In this document: piece after piece, positions 1 to 7,501 of the stretch
Layout of the letters: each line of letters opens with the position of its first letter
Numbering within the stretch: position 1 is the stretch's first letter
The notes under the pieces: generated by a model
Seen by the model: the letters and a program-made list of their open reading frames with translations, nothing else
Told to the model about the DNA's origin: nothing
Database searches by the model: none
Program-made: the position numbers and the translations under genes
NCBI GenBank assembly: GCA_964510635.1
Contig: CAZEBS010000001.1
Coordinates: 38,350-102,349 of the forward strand
Reading direction: 5' to 3'
From: an uncultured Candidatus Bathyarchaeia archaeon
GTDB lineage: Archaea > Thermoproteota > Bathyarchaeia > Bathyarchaeales > Bathyarchaeaceae
Length of the DNA stretch: 64,000 bases

Positions 1-336
1 TTATTGCCTGCATTCATCTCCAAGAAGGCGTCAATTTTCTGCCTGTTCCAAGCTTCATGTCATCCTTCGGAGAAGGCTTGTCCCCTCTCATAGAAGCCGC
101 CATCCGCGCACTATACTTGGGATTGATGGGCTGGATCGCGTCAACAGTGACAGCTAAAGGAATAAAGGTAATCTTGACAGCCCGCAAAATTCACTTGACT
201 TTCAAGAATAGCTGACTGCCCTTAATCGCGCAAACTTGCTTGAATCTAGCCTCAAATAACCCCAAGCTTGGTGCTTGACCTTAAATCAACAAAGTTATAT
301 ACATTCCTCCTAAGTTTAGGAGGTAAGTGATCACCG

Positions 337-1527
337 TTGCACTTTGTGACCCAAGTGTTCCGCAAAAATTTTTTCGGTCCCTCCTTCTTCCGTGTTTCTC
401 TGCCTTGGGCAATACGGCACCCAAGATACATCTTATCTGCACGGCACCTATATCGAGCCTTCAATGAAACCAAACAGCACCGCAAGAAATTAGAACTTGA
501 TGGATTAAAGGTGCCTCCCACCCTGATACTTAGCCTCACGCAACAATGCAATCTAAGTTGTTCAGGGTGTTTTGCTGCCGCCGCAGGAATCACCTGCCAC
601 AAAACCCCAGACCACAAGATGAAGAAAAAGCCTCAACTAGATTGGAAAGGATGGAAATCCCTTGTCTCTGAAGCTAGCGAACTGGGTGTATTCTGTTTCT
701 TTCTGGCAGGTGGCGAACCGTTTCTTTTCCCAAAATTGCTTGACCTTTGTAGCGAATTCAAAGACAGGTGCTTCATAATTTTCACTAACGGTACAGCTCT
801 TATGGAAAACGATTTTGAACGACTGAAGCATTTGTCCAACACCGTCATAATTGTAAGCATAGAGGGAGGACAGAAAGCTACAAATCTGAGGAGAGGCGAA
901 GGCGTTTATCAAAAGGCTTCAAAGACGCTAAGGCGACTGACAGAGTTGGGAACACCCAACGGAATCTCAGCAACAATCACCCGTCTCAATTACAAATACT
1001 GGATGAAACCTGAACGCATCGACAGCTTGATCGCTCAGGGCATAAGGGCAGCAGTCTTCATCGAATACATTCCTGTTATGTCACCCATAGAAACTGGCTG
1101 CAAACAAAACACCGACAGCAATGATGATGGAAATGAATGGCTCAGACCGAATGACCAAGACCTCATGCTAACGGAAGAAGAACGAGCAGAATTCAGGGTG
1201 CAAATACTTAGGTACCGTGAGACAAAACCCATCTACATCGTTCATTCTCCAGGAGATGAAGACTACTTTGGAGGCTGTGTGTCTGCAGGCAGAGGATTCG
1301 CTCATGTTACGCCTTCAGGTGACCTAACGCCTTGTCCTGTCTCGAATGTGGCTACCCATAACATTACGAGAGTAACGTTACGGGAAGGGTTTGCCAGCCC
1401 CCTCTTCAGCAAGATCCGAGAAAGCGAGCATCTTCTCGAAAACGAAGGCATGCCCTGCTCCTTGTTTGCTCATCCCAAAGAGGTGAAGGAACTTACCAAG
1501 TCTGTAGGCGCCTACACCACAGATTAA
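337..1527 (+). CDS. radical SAM enzyme with C-terminal SPASM/twitch-like Cys motif
   Basis: 396-aa ORF. CNLSCSGC matches the CxxxCxxC radical-SAM cluster motif. GGEPF motif present. C-terminal GGCVSAGRGF...GDLTPCP resembles an auxiliary-cluster motif. The track start is TTG; the true start is uncertain. Confidence 0.75.
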   Translation: MHFVTQVFRKNFFGPSFFRVSLPWAIRHPRYILSARHLYRAFNETKQHRKKLELDGLKVPPTLILSLTQQCNLSCSGCFAAAAGITCHKTPDHKMKKKPQLDWKGWKSLVSEASELGVFCFFLAGGEPFLFPKLLDLCSEFKDRCFIIFTNGTALMENDFERLKHLSNTVIIVSIEGGQKATNLRRGEGVYQKASKTLRRLTELGTPNGISATITRLNYKYWMKPERIDSLIAQGIRAAVFIEYIPVMSPIETGCKQNTDSNDDGNEWLRPNDQDLMLTEEERAEFRVQILRYRETKPIYIVHSPGDEDYFGGCVSAGRGFAHVTPSGDLTPCPVSNVATHNITRVTLREGFASPLFSKIRESEHLLENEGMPCSLFAHPKEVKELTKSVGAYTTD

Positions 1528-1579
1528 GCAACAAGGTTATGGAATGTAAAAATCAGCTTCTTCAAATTGTTTAGGTTGG

Positions 1580-1594
1580 GGTTAAATTTTAACC
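1580..1594. repeat. 15-bp flanking direct repeat GGTTAAATTTTAACC (candidate target-site duplication, left copy)
   Basis: The identical 15-mer occurs at 6646-6660, immediately outside the other TIR. The 15-mer is itself palindromic around a central T. Confidence 0.6.
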
Positions 1595-1690
1595 TTTCTC
1601 TCTCTCTGGCTCTTTCCTTCCTTCTCCTTCCTTCCCTCTCACACGGGTGTGCGTTCGTTCCTTCCCGTTCCTTCCTTCACACTATATAAA
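1595..1690. repeat. left terminal inverted repeat (96 bp)
   Basis: Exact reverse complement of 6550-6645, checked base by base. Contains a 31-nt homopyrimidine run (1610-1640) and ends in ACTATATAAA. Confidence 0.95.
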
Positions 1691-1730
1691 GGCGAATGAA
1701 AACTCTCATACATGCATGTGAGAAAATAAA

Positions 1731-2441
1731 CTAATCCAAGAAATCTCCGAGTTTTTTTCTAATTTTTTGCCTGAATGAAACTGGAGTATCCATGTAAAAT
1801 TGGCAGTTTTTATCTCCATCTAATGCTCTTTCCCAATGATTTTTCAGTGCTTCAATTTCCTTCTTGTGAGTTGTTTCTTTTTCTCTGTATTTCTGTTTCA
1901 AGACATCTATGTAGGTATTAAGTGGGTCTTTTGGTACTTCCCAATTATAGTTGAGTAAAGAATACAAATACCAAACTTCTAAATCAGTTACAACAATTAT
2001 TGGTGTAGGTAAACGAAGTCTAGCAACATGTAAACAAGACATTACCTTCTCGATATTCTGGGCAATTCCAATAGAGAGTACTAAGTAAATTATTCCTAAA
2101 CTGGCATTTAATCTATCTAAATTATTAACACTTTGAATCATTCTTTTGGTGTCAAATGAAGCTTCAATCTCACAAGCCAAGACAATTTCATTTGAAAGAA
2201 ATGGAAACACGTCTTGAACTGAAAATAACATCTGCTCCTTTGTCCGATACCAAACTAGGTCTACTCTTCTACTATCAGTATACAGGTGTGAAAAATTTCC
2301 TCCTTTCGATAAATATACTTGAGGGTCTACTTGATATTCCTCTACAACCCTGAAATTATTGATTCTACCTAGATGCTTGAGTAGCTCCTTCGCATTGTAT
2401 CCCCAACTCTTGCTTGGAGAAATCATAATTCTTTTCCTCAT
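1731..2441 (-). CDS. hypothetical protein, possible PD-(D/E)xK-type nuclease
   Basis: 236-aa ORF co-directional with and 50 nt downstream of cas1. The spacing RVDLVWY ... LACEIEASFDTK resembles a D...ExE/K nuclease core. This is a weak motif-level call only. Confidence 0.35.
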   Translation of the reverse strand: MRKRIMISPSKSWGYNAKELLKHLGRINNFRVVEEYQVDPQVYLSKGGNFSHLYTDSRRVDLVWYRTKEQMLFSVQDVFPFLSNEIVLACEIEASFDTKRMIQSVNNLDRLNASLGIIYLVLSIGIAQNIEKVMSCLHVARLRLPTPIIVVTDLEVWYLYSLLNYNWEVPKDPLNTYIDVLKQKYREKETTHKKEIEALKNHWERALDGDKNCQFYMDTPVSFRQKIRKKLGDFLD

Positions 2442-2491
2442 AATCTAGCCATCAGGTCTGATGGCAAAGTTATTGTTTTATCTTCTTCTAT

Positions 2492-3508
2492 TTAAAAGCT
2501 AATTGCAGGGATTCTTGGAATCCACTCTTTCCTTTCGTTTCTCAGGAACTTAGCCAACAAGAGAGCCTCTTCGTTAATCAAAGTGTCAAGTGTCTGTCTT
2601 TTACCATGCTTTATTCTCGGAATCTCAACCTTACGCTTAAACAGATTATTTAATCCATCAGCTAAACTATCAGTTTCAAATTTACATAAATGAATCCTCT
2701 TACCCATTTTTAACTTCATCATAAAATCCGTCACAACAACAAAATCTTTCTTCCGTAACTTTTGTCCTCTTTCAATCAGATAATCGTCAATCAAATAACG
2801 GTAAACATCTTGTATGTCACATACTAAACTTGGTTTACCATGTTGGAGAGAATGTAAAAACCCTAAATACGGTTCAAGTTTAGCTTTCAATAATGCCTTA
2901 TGAATTCTGCATTTCAAAACGTAATAGCCGAAATTGAAGACGTTGTTTATTCTGTCATAGGCTTTGTATCCTATCCTTTTCTCTGGTCTAAGGTGTTCTG
3001 GAAATAGCTTGAAGATTTGGCTGAAGTAGTATCGTGCATGTCGGCTTTCAATAGATAGAAGCTTTCTTCTGCTCATGTCTCCGACATTACGTTCAACTGC
3101 TTTCAAACCATATTTTCTCAAAACCATATTCTGTCCTCGTATCTTTGTCTTCACAATTTCTTTGGCGATATTGAGACCTTTTCCGTTCTCAAGCGCTTGA
3201 TATTGAGCCACGCGAGTTTTTACATGAGAGTCATCTTCTACATTTTTCAGAAAACCCACAACTCTGTTATGTTTCGTCATAATGTAAGTGTCTATATTCC
3301 ATAACGCTAAATCAATCAAAGCGTCAACACTTACGTAACTTCCAGAAACTAAAACACATTCACCTATTTCTTTTTCAAAATGAGGATAGCGTTTAACCTT
3401 TCCATTTTTGTTTCTTAGCTCAAAACATCCAGCATCTCGACCTAAATAACTTCCATATTCACTTAACTTTATTTTCAAACTTTTACTGTTACGAAATGGC
3501 AAAATCAT
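2492..3508 (-). CDS. cas1: Cas1 family integrase (candidate casposase)
   Basis: 338 aa. The block NNVFNFGYYVLK...LEPYLGFLHSLQHGKPSLVCDIQDVYR matches the Cas1 C-terminal signature (N..LNyGY..L / GflH / D..E.fR). Candidate catalytic residues are E in SIESRHARYYF, H in GFLH and D in CDIQD. AGGAG lies upstream of the ATG. Confidence 0.85.
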   Translation of the reverse strand: MILPFRNSKSLKIKLSEYGSYLGRDAGCFELRNKNGKVKRYPHFEKEIGECVLVSGSYVSVDALIDLALWNIDTYIMTKHNRVVGFLKNVEDDSHVKTRVAQYQALENGKGLNIAKEIVKTKIRGQNMVLRKYGLKAVERNVGDMSRRKLLSIESRHARYYFSQIFKLFPEHLRPEKRIGYKAYDRINNVFNFGYYVLKCRIHKALLKAKLEPYLGFLHSLQHGKPSLVCDIQDVYRYLIDDYLIERGQKLRKKDFVVVTDFMMKLKMGKRIHLCKFETDSLADGLNNLFKRKVEIPRIKHGKRQTLDTLINEEALLLAKFLRNERKEWIPRIPAISF

Positions 3509-3700
3509 TTATCTCCTTAAAATTATGAACATAAACAGTCTTTCTTCACGAGCTTTGAGTTGCGGTTCAACAAACATTCAGTTCACCACATATCTCTCTA
3601 TCTCTATAAGTGTATAACTAAACATATAAGTTTATCGGTATATCTCTCCAAACCTAAAAACTTATATGGAGATAAACATACAAAGGTTAATGGTGGTATT

Positions 3701-3844
3701 ATGGGAAAGATGAACGTTGTTCTTAAGGACGAATTAGAAGAAAAGTTCAGAAGAACTGTATTTGAGAGAAAAGGAATGAAAAAAGGAAACATCAGCGAGG
3801 CAATAGAAGAAGCAATAGAGTGTTGGATTAGGAAAAAGAGGTGA
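3701..3844 (+). CDS. ribbon-helix-helix (CopG/Arc-like) DNA-binding protein
   Basis: Internal ATG at 3701 preceded by GGTGG. MNVVLKDELEEKFRRTVF...NISEAIEEAIECWI fits a strand-helix-helix pattern. The upstream part of the track ORF (3560-) looks non-coding. Confidence 0.6.
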   Translation: MGKMNVVLKDELEEKFRRTVFERKGMKKGNISEAIEEAIECWIRKKR

Positions 3845-3863
3845 AGGGTAAGAGGGAAATGAT

Positions 3864-4244
3864 ATGCCAGATTGGATAACTGAAACAGATAGAAAAGAGG
3901 CAAAAGACTGGTTTAAATCAAAAATCGAAGTAATGAAAAATTGTCATAATACAGTAACGACTCTTCGTAACATGGAACCAGAACAGCCGAGTAAACATCC
4001 TACTTTCAAAGCTTATCTCTCTGCACTTTCTGAAATATACCGACAGTTTGCAGACGTATATGAGGTAATGGATGGCATGATGGACAGCGTTTATTCATTA
4101 GCCCGACAAGCTGATTCCCAAAATGTAAAGTTGAACAATGAACTTAAGAAGCTAAAAAAGAAATTTGGTGAACATGAACCGACTCTCAGAAAAATGAAAG
4201 AAGCTTTTGATAATACTGAAAAAGTATTTGATAATGGGCGATAA
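3864..4244 (+). CDS. hypothetical protein (helical/coiled-coil)
   Basis: 126-aa ORF 20 nt downstream of the RHH gene. No family recognised. Confidence 0.5.
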   Translation: MPDWITETDRKEAKDWFKSKIEVMKNCHNTVTTLRNMEPEQPSKHPTFKAYLSALSEIYRQFADVYEVMDGMMDSVYSLARQADSQNVKLNNELKKLKKKFGEHEPTLRKMKEAFDNTEKVFDNGR

Positions 4245-4279
4245 TGTATGGAGATTTCTTTTTCAAATTACTCTTGCCC

Positions 4280-4768
4280 TTAAGTCTTCTTTTGTTTCCT
4301 TCTCATTTCTCTAACTATCTTTAGAAGTTTCTTACGCCGAATACCTAAACCTCTATCAGACATTTTTTTCTGTATCTTGTTCGCTGAGTAACCTCGACTT
4401 ACATACCAACTTAATGCCTTAAGTCTAACTTCCCCCACACCCCTATACTTTCCAGCAACAACTTTAACCTGTCTCTTAACTCTCTTTCTGTAAGTTTTAG
4501 CCCAATTTTCTCTCCTGACTTTAGCCCTTCTGTAAGCCTTTATCCACTTTTCTTCTTTAACTGTGTGACCAAACCACCTTGGCAAAAACACATCTTTGAA
4601 ACCTAACCTTTTTCCTTCTCTCACTAAAGCGCTATTCTGTAACGCTGTGTTTCTCCATCTTTTATTTGCCCAATGAGTAAAAGCATAACGTAAATCTCTG
4701 TAACTACCAAATTGGTCAACAGGAACTACTCTTTCAAATCTTCTAAAAGCTTCAGGAAATCTGTCCAT
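4280..4768 (-). CDS. highly basic hypothetical protein with C-terminal HTH-like segment
   Basis: 162 aa, rich in R/K. C-terminal YSANKIQKKMSDRGLGIRRKKLLKIVRE looks HTH-like. Its start overlaps the upstream stop by 1 nt (TGATG), suggesting translational coupling. Confidence 0.55.
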   Translation of the reverse strand: MDRFPEAFRRFERVVPVDQFGSYRDLRYAFTHWANKRWRNTALQNSALVREGKRLGFKDVFLPRWFGHTVKEEKWIKAYRRAKVRRENWAKTYRKRVKRQVKVVAGKYRGVGEVRLKALSWYVSRGYSANKIQKKMSDRGLGIRRKKLLKIVREMRRKQKKT

Positions 4769-5301
4769 CAGTTATCACCTAAAAGAATAGAATGTCCTCT
4801 TTTCTGGACACCTGTATCATAAATTACTCTTTCAAGTTCATCATCAAGAATGGAAACAGAATAAGATTCTAAAACACTAACCAATTGTTGCTTTTTTCTG
4901 TTCTTTTTATTGCTTACTCTTAATGTTGCTTTCCTTCTTTTTACCGTATAATAAAAGAAATTCCAATCTACATAATCAGTATCTAACAGAATCTTAAGAA
5001 AAGTCCTAAAATCAACTAATTTGTAGCACCATGCTCTGTAACTTCTTTCTTTATCAGAAACAATGAAAACATCAGGCAAATTATGTTTAAACTGAACATC
5101 AAGAAGAGTTTTTTCAGCTTCTTCTTTTGTGCAGTTTTCTAAATCCCACATGAGAAAATGTTTACCATTACTGTTTGGAATAAGAGATGTAACACCTTCT
5201 AGTGTTTGAGTTTCAGAAAACATTACAAAAAAAGTATGATTGAATTTTCTTATTCTGAAATTCCATCTCAAAAATAAGCATCTCCTAACTGTTTGGAACA
5301 T
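4768..5301 (-). CDS. hypothetical protein, candidate replication-initiator/primase-like cargo protein
   Basis: The track ORF runs 4768-5400. I prefer the ATG at 5301 (or 5223) because the N-terminal part overlaps 5285-5566. Acidic motifs HFLMWDLE and DTDYVD are reminiscent of prim-pol/Rep DxD/E motifs. No confident family call. Confidence 0.45.
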   Translation of the reverse strand: MFQTVRRCLFLRWNFRIRKFNHTFFVMFSETQTLEGVTSLIPNSNGKHFLMWDLENCTKEEAEKTLLDVQFKHNLPDVFIVSDKERSYRAWCYKLVDFRTFLKILLDTDYVDWNFFYYTVKRRKATLRVSNKKNRKKQQLVSVLESYSVSILDDELERVIYDTGVQKRGHSILLGDN

Positions 5302-5566
5302 CTTTTCTCGGCTTAAGTTTCCCTTTCTTGACTTTTTCCATAAAGTATTCTTCATCAGAATTGTTAACTTCGTCAAAAGCAATCTCGTAATATTCGTCAA
5401 TTCTTTTAGGTCTGAAATATTTTCGTGCTTTTCTAAAAATTTGCTGATAACTTAATCCAGCCCTGATTAAATCTTTGAACACATCTATGTTGTGGCATCT
5501 TCTATTCATGCCTTCTCCTTTGAGCCAAAAAATGGAATTGTGATTATTTTGTTTTTCTTCCTTCAT
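5285..5566 (-). CDS. hypothetical protein, possible HTH
   Basis: 93 aa. ATGA overlap with the upstream RHH gene. AGLSYQQIFRKARKY is an HTH-like segment. Confidence 0.45.
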   Translation of the reverse strand: MKEEKQNNHNSIFWLKGEGMNRRCHNIDVFKDLIRAGLSYQQIFRKARKYFRPKRIDEYYEIAFDEVNNSDEEYFMEKVKKGKLKPRKDVPNS

Positions 5567-5796
5567 TTTGGATTCCCCTGAAGAAGCTGTTTGTAGAGGT
5601 GAGGCACGTCTTTCTGGAGTTTTTCTTTCAAAGCGTCCCTTGTTAAATCCGATATGTTGATGTGGCAGTCTAATGCAACATATTTTTCCATGAGGTCTTT
5701 TAATGTGGAAGGCACTCGAACATGGAGAGATGTTATCTCTTTTTTCTGTGACACGGTTCTTCTACCTTTGTAGAATGGTTGGTGTCGAATGAACAT
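5563..5796 (-). CDS. ribbon-helix-helix (CopG-like) DNA-binding protein
   Basis: 77 aa. ITSLHVRVPSTLKDLMEKYVAL...ISDLTRDALKEKL fits the RHH pattern. First gene of a four-gene minus-strand operon. Confidence 0.6.
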   Translation of the reverse strand: MFIRHQPFYKGRRTVSQKKEITSLHVRVPSTLKDLMEKYVALDCHINISDLTRDALKEKLQKDVPHLYKQLLQGNPK

Positions 5797-6131
5797 ATAA
5801 GGTTTTTTGGTGAAAATGTAATCATTAAATTTATTTTAAGCTTTTCTGAATTGTAATCGCATAAATAAACACTTATTTAAGCACTTTAATAACAACAAAT
5901 AAAAACACATTAATTTTCGTATAAACACAAACATTAACTAGAATCTAAAACTTCAACTTTCACATCACTAATAAAATAATAAAAATAAGCATCTCGTCAT
6001 ACACACCTCTCGATACATTAATTAATGAAAAGGTTTTATTGTTAACTAAGTTTCTGAAAAATGAAAAAAAGGTGGAATACGAGACTTCCTTTGATGGAGG
6101 GGCTGTCTCGCATTTTACTCAACTTTGTTTT
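5797..6131. other. AT-rich non-coding core of the element (candidate promoter region and/or origin)
   Basis: About 330 nt with no credible ORF. Very AT-rich with A/T tracts. Lies upstream of the 5796->4280 operon. Confidence 0.3.
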
Positions 6132-6407
6132 CTATACTGGTTTAAAGGCACTTACTTTCGGCTTTTGTTTCAACTCTTTAGGAATATCGGCTGTTCTTAC
6201 AATATGTGTGCTATTAATGACGTATATTGGTGCTCCATCAGGTTTCCATCTTTTTAATCGTTTGACTTCTCTGAGTATTAGCCTAATTTTCAGGGTTGTA
6301 CCATCACTGAGTTTGTATTTGTTCCAATGTTCTTCAGTCTCATCAAAATCTATGTCCTCGGCTTCCATCAAGTCCTTCTGAGTTATTCGTAGTTGCGGTG
6401 TGCTCAA
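6132..6407 (-). CDS. hypothetical protein
   Basis: 91 aa with a globular-looking sequence. TTG start preceded by a strong SD-like AGGAGGTGA. The opposite-strand ORFs at 6039-6381 look like hydrophobic shadow ORFs. Confidence 0.55.
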   Translation of the reverse strand: MSTPQLRITQKDLMEAEDIDFDETEEHWNKYKLSDGTTLKIRLILREVKRLKRWKPDGAPIYVINSTHIVRTADIPKELKQKPKVSAFKPV

Positions 6408-6549
6408 TGCCTTTCACCTCCTTTAATTTGATGGGATATATGAGTTGGCTGAGATATTTAAAGATTTTCCAAATTTTAAAGCTTTTTAACTGTTTTAAAA
6501 ATTTGAACACATCTTAAACAATTTGAACGCTGTTTATTATGCTTTTTCA

Positions 6550-6645
6550 TTTATATAGTGTGAAGGAAGGAACGGGAAGGAACGAACGCACACCCGTGTG
6601 AGAGGGAAGGAAGGAGAAGGAAGGAAAGAGCCAGAGAGAGAGAAA
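6550..6645. repeat. right terminal inverted repeat (96 bp)
   Basis: Exact reverse complement of 1595-1690. Confidence 0.95.
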
Positions 6646-6660
6646 GGTTAAATTTTAACC
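6646..6660. repeat. 15-bp flanking direct repeat GGTTAAATTTTAACC (candidate TSD, right copy)
   Basis: Identical to 1580-1594. Confidence 0.6.
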
Positions 6661-6811
6661 CTAAACCCAACCCCCAAACGTACTTGTTCTCGCGTTCGTT
6701 CTCTCTTACCTACACCCCCTCACGTGTAGGACGTACACGCACACACGCATGCGTGCATAAAAGAAAAATATCATAAAAAGCAAGAAATATTTGAACAGAC
6801 ATAACTAAACT

Positions 6812-7399
6812 ATGATAATATTATTCGTTATTTTTCTTATTGTAGATTTCTCATTGATTTGCGGAGTCGCAATCAGTATATTCTTTCCAAAATACCGTGT
6901 TTGGCCACCTCCCAAAAAGTATTCTTGGCAATTTTGGATCAGTTGGATTTTTGCAACCATTGGAATGCTTGGAACGCCTTTACTTGGACTCCTAGATTTT
7001 AACTCGTTAGGTGGCTGGCACTGGATTTACTTTTTGATAGGTTGTTTATCATTAGTGACAGGAAGTATAATTACTATATGGGGAATAACAACGCTGAGTG
7101 AGCACCAAAGTCTTGGTCTTAAAGGAAAAATAATAACTGATGGTCCATATCGATATTCGCGGAACCCACAGTATCTAGGCTTCATTATTTTGTATTCTGG
7201 ACTTATTCTGATGACTTTTTCATTTATGGTTTTAGTTACGGGACTAATGATCATCGCTTTGTTTTTTATTCTCCCTTTTAGTGAAGAACCATGGTTATTG
7301 GGAGAATACGGAAAAGCTTACGAAGATTATTGCGCAAAAGTACCTCGATTCATTGGTATTAATTCAAAAAAACGCACTCATCAACTTCATCTTTTTTGA
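6812..7399 (+). CDS. isoprenylcysteine carboxyl methyltransferase (ICMT)/phospholipid methyltransferase family membrane protein
   Basis: 195 aa, multi-TM. YRYSRNPQYLG motif typical of the ICMT/PEMT family. Confidence 0.7.
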   Translation: MIILFVIFLIVDFSLICGVAISIFFPKYRVWPPPKKYSWQFWISWIFATIGMLGTPLLGLLDFNSLGGWHWIYFLIGCLSLVTGSIITIWGITTLSEHQSLGLKGKIITDGPYRYSRNPQYLGFIILYSGLILMTFSFMVLVTGLMIIALFFILPFSEEPWLLGEYGKAYEDYCAKVPRFIGINSKKRTHQLHLF

Positions 7400-7501
7400 A
7401 TAGACTGTAACCCATCTCCTTTTCCAAGGGTGTTAAGTTTATCAATCTTATCTTTGAACAGGAAGTCAGGTTGTCGATTTTGTGGCAAGGAATAAAGACG
7501 C

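Larger units (their letters stand above)
1595..6645. mobile_element. Cas1-encoding TIR-bounded element (casposon-like, no PolB), 5051 bp
   Basis: Perfect 96-bp TIRs, a 15-bp flanking duplication and a Cas1 homolog inside. Visibly AT-richer than the flanks. Sits in the intergenic space between a radical SAM gene and an ICMT-family gene. Confidence 0.75.

Noticed and set aside
252-617. 121-aa minus-strand ORF overlapping the radical SAM gene start
   Set aside because: It is antisense to a gene with clear motifs and has no recognisable features. It is likely spurious, but it does make the radical SAM start position uncertain.
6039-6381. Plus-strand ORFs (72 and 106 aa) opposite 6132-6407 inside the element
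   Set aside because: Their translations are hydrophobic and low in complexity, with no SD. The minus-strand ORF has a strong AGGAGGTGA leader and a globular-looking sequence.
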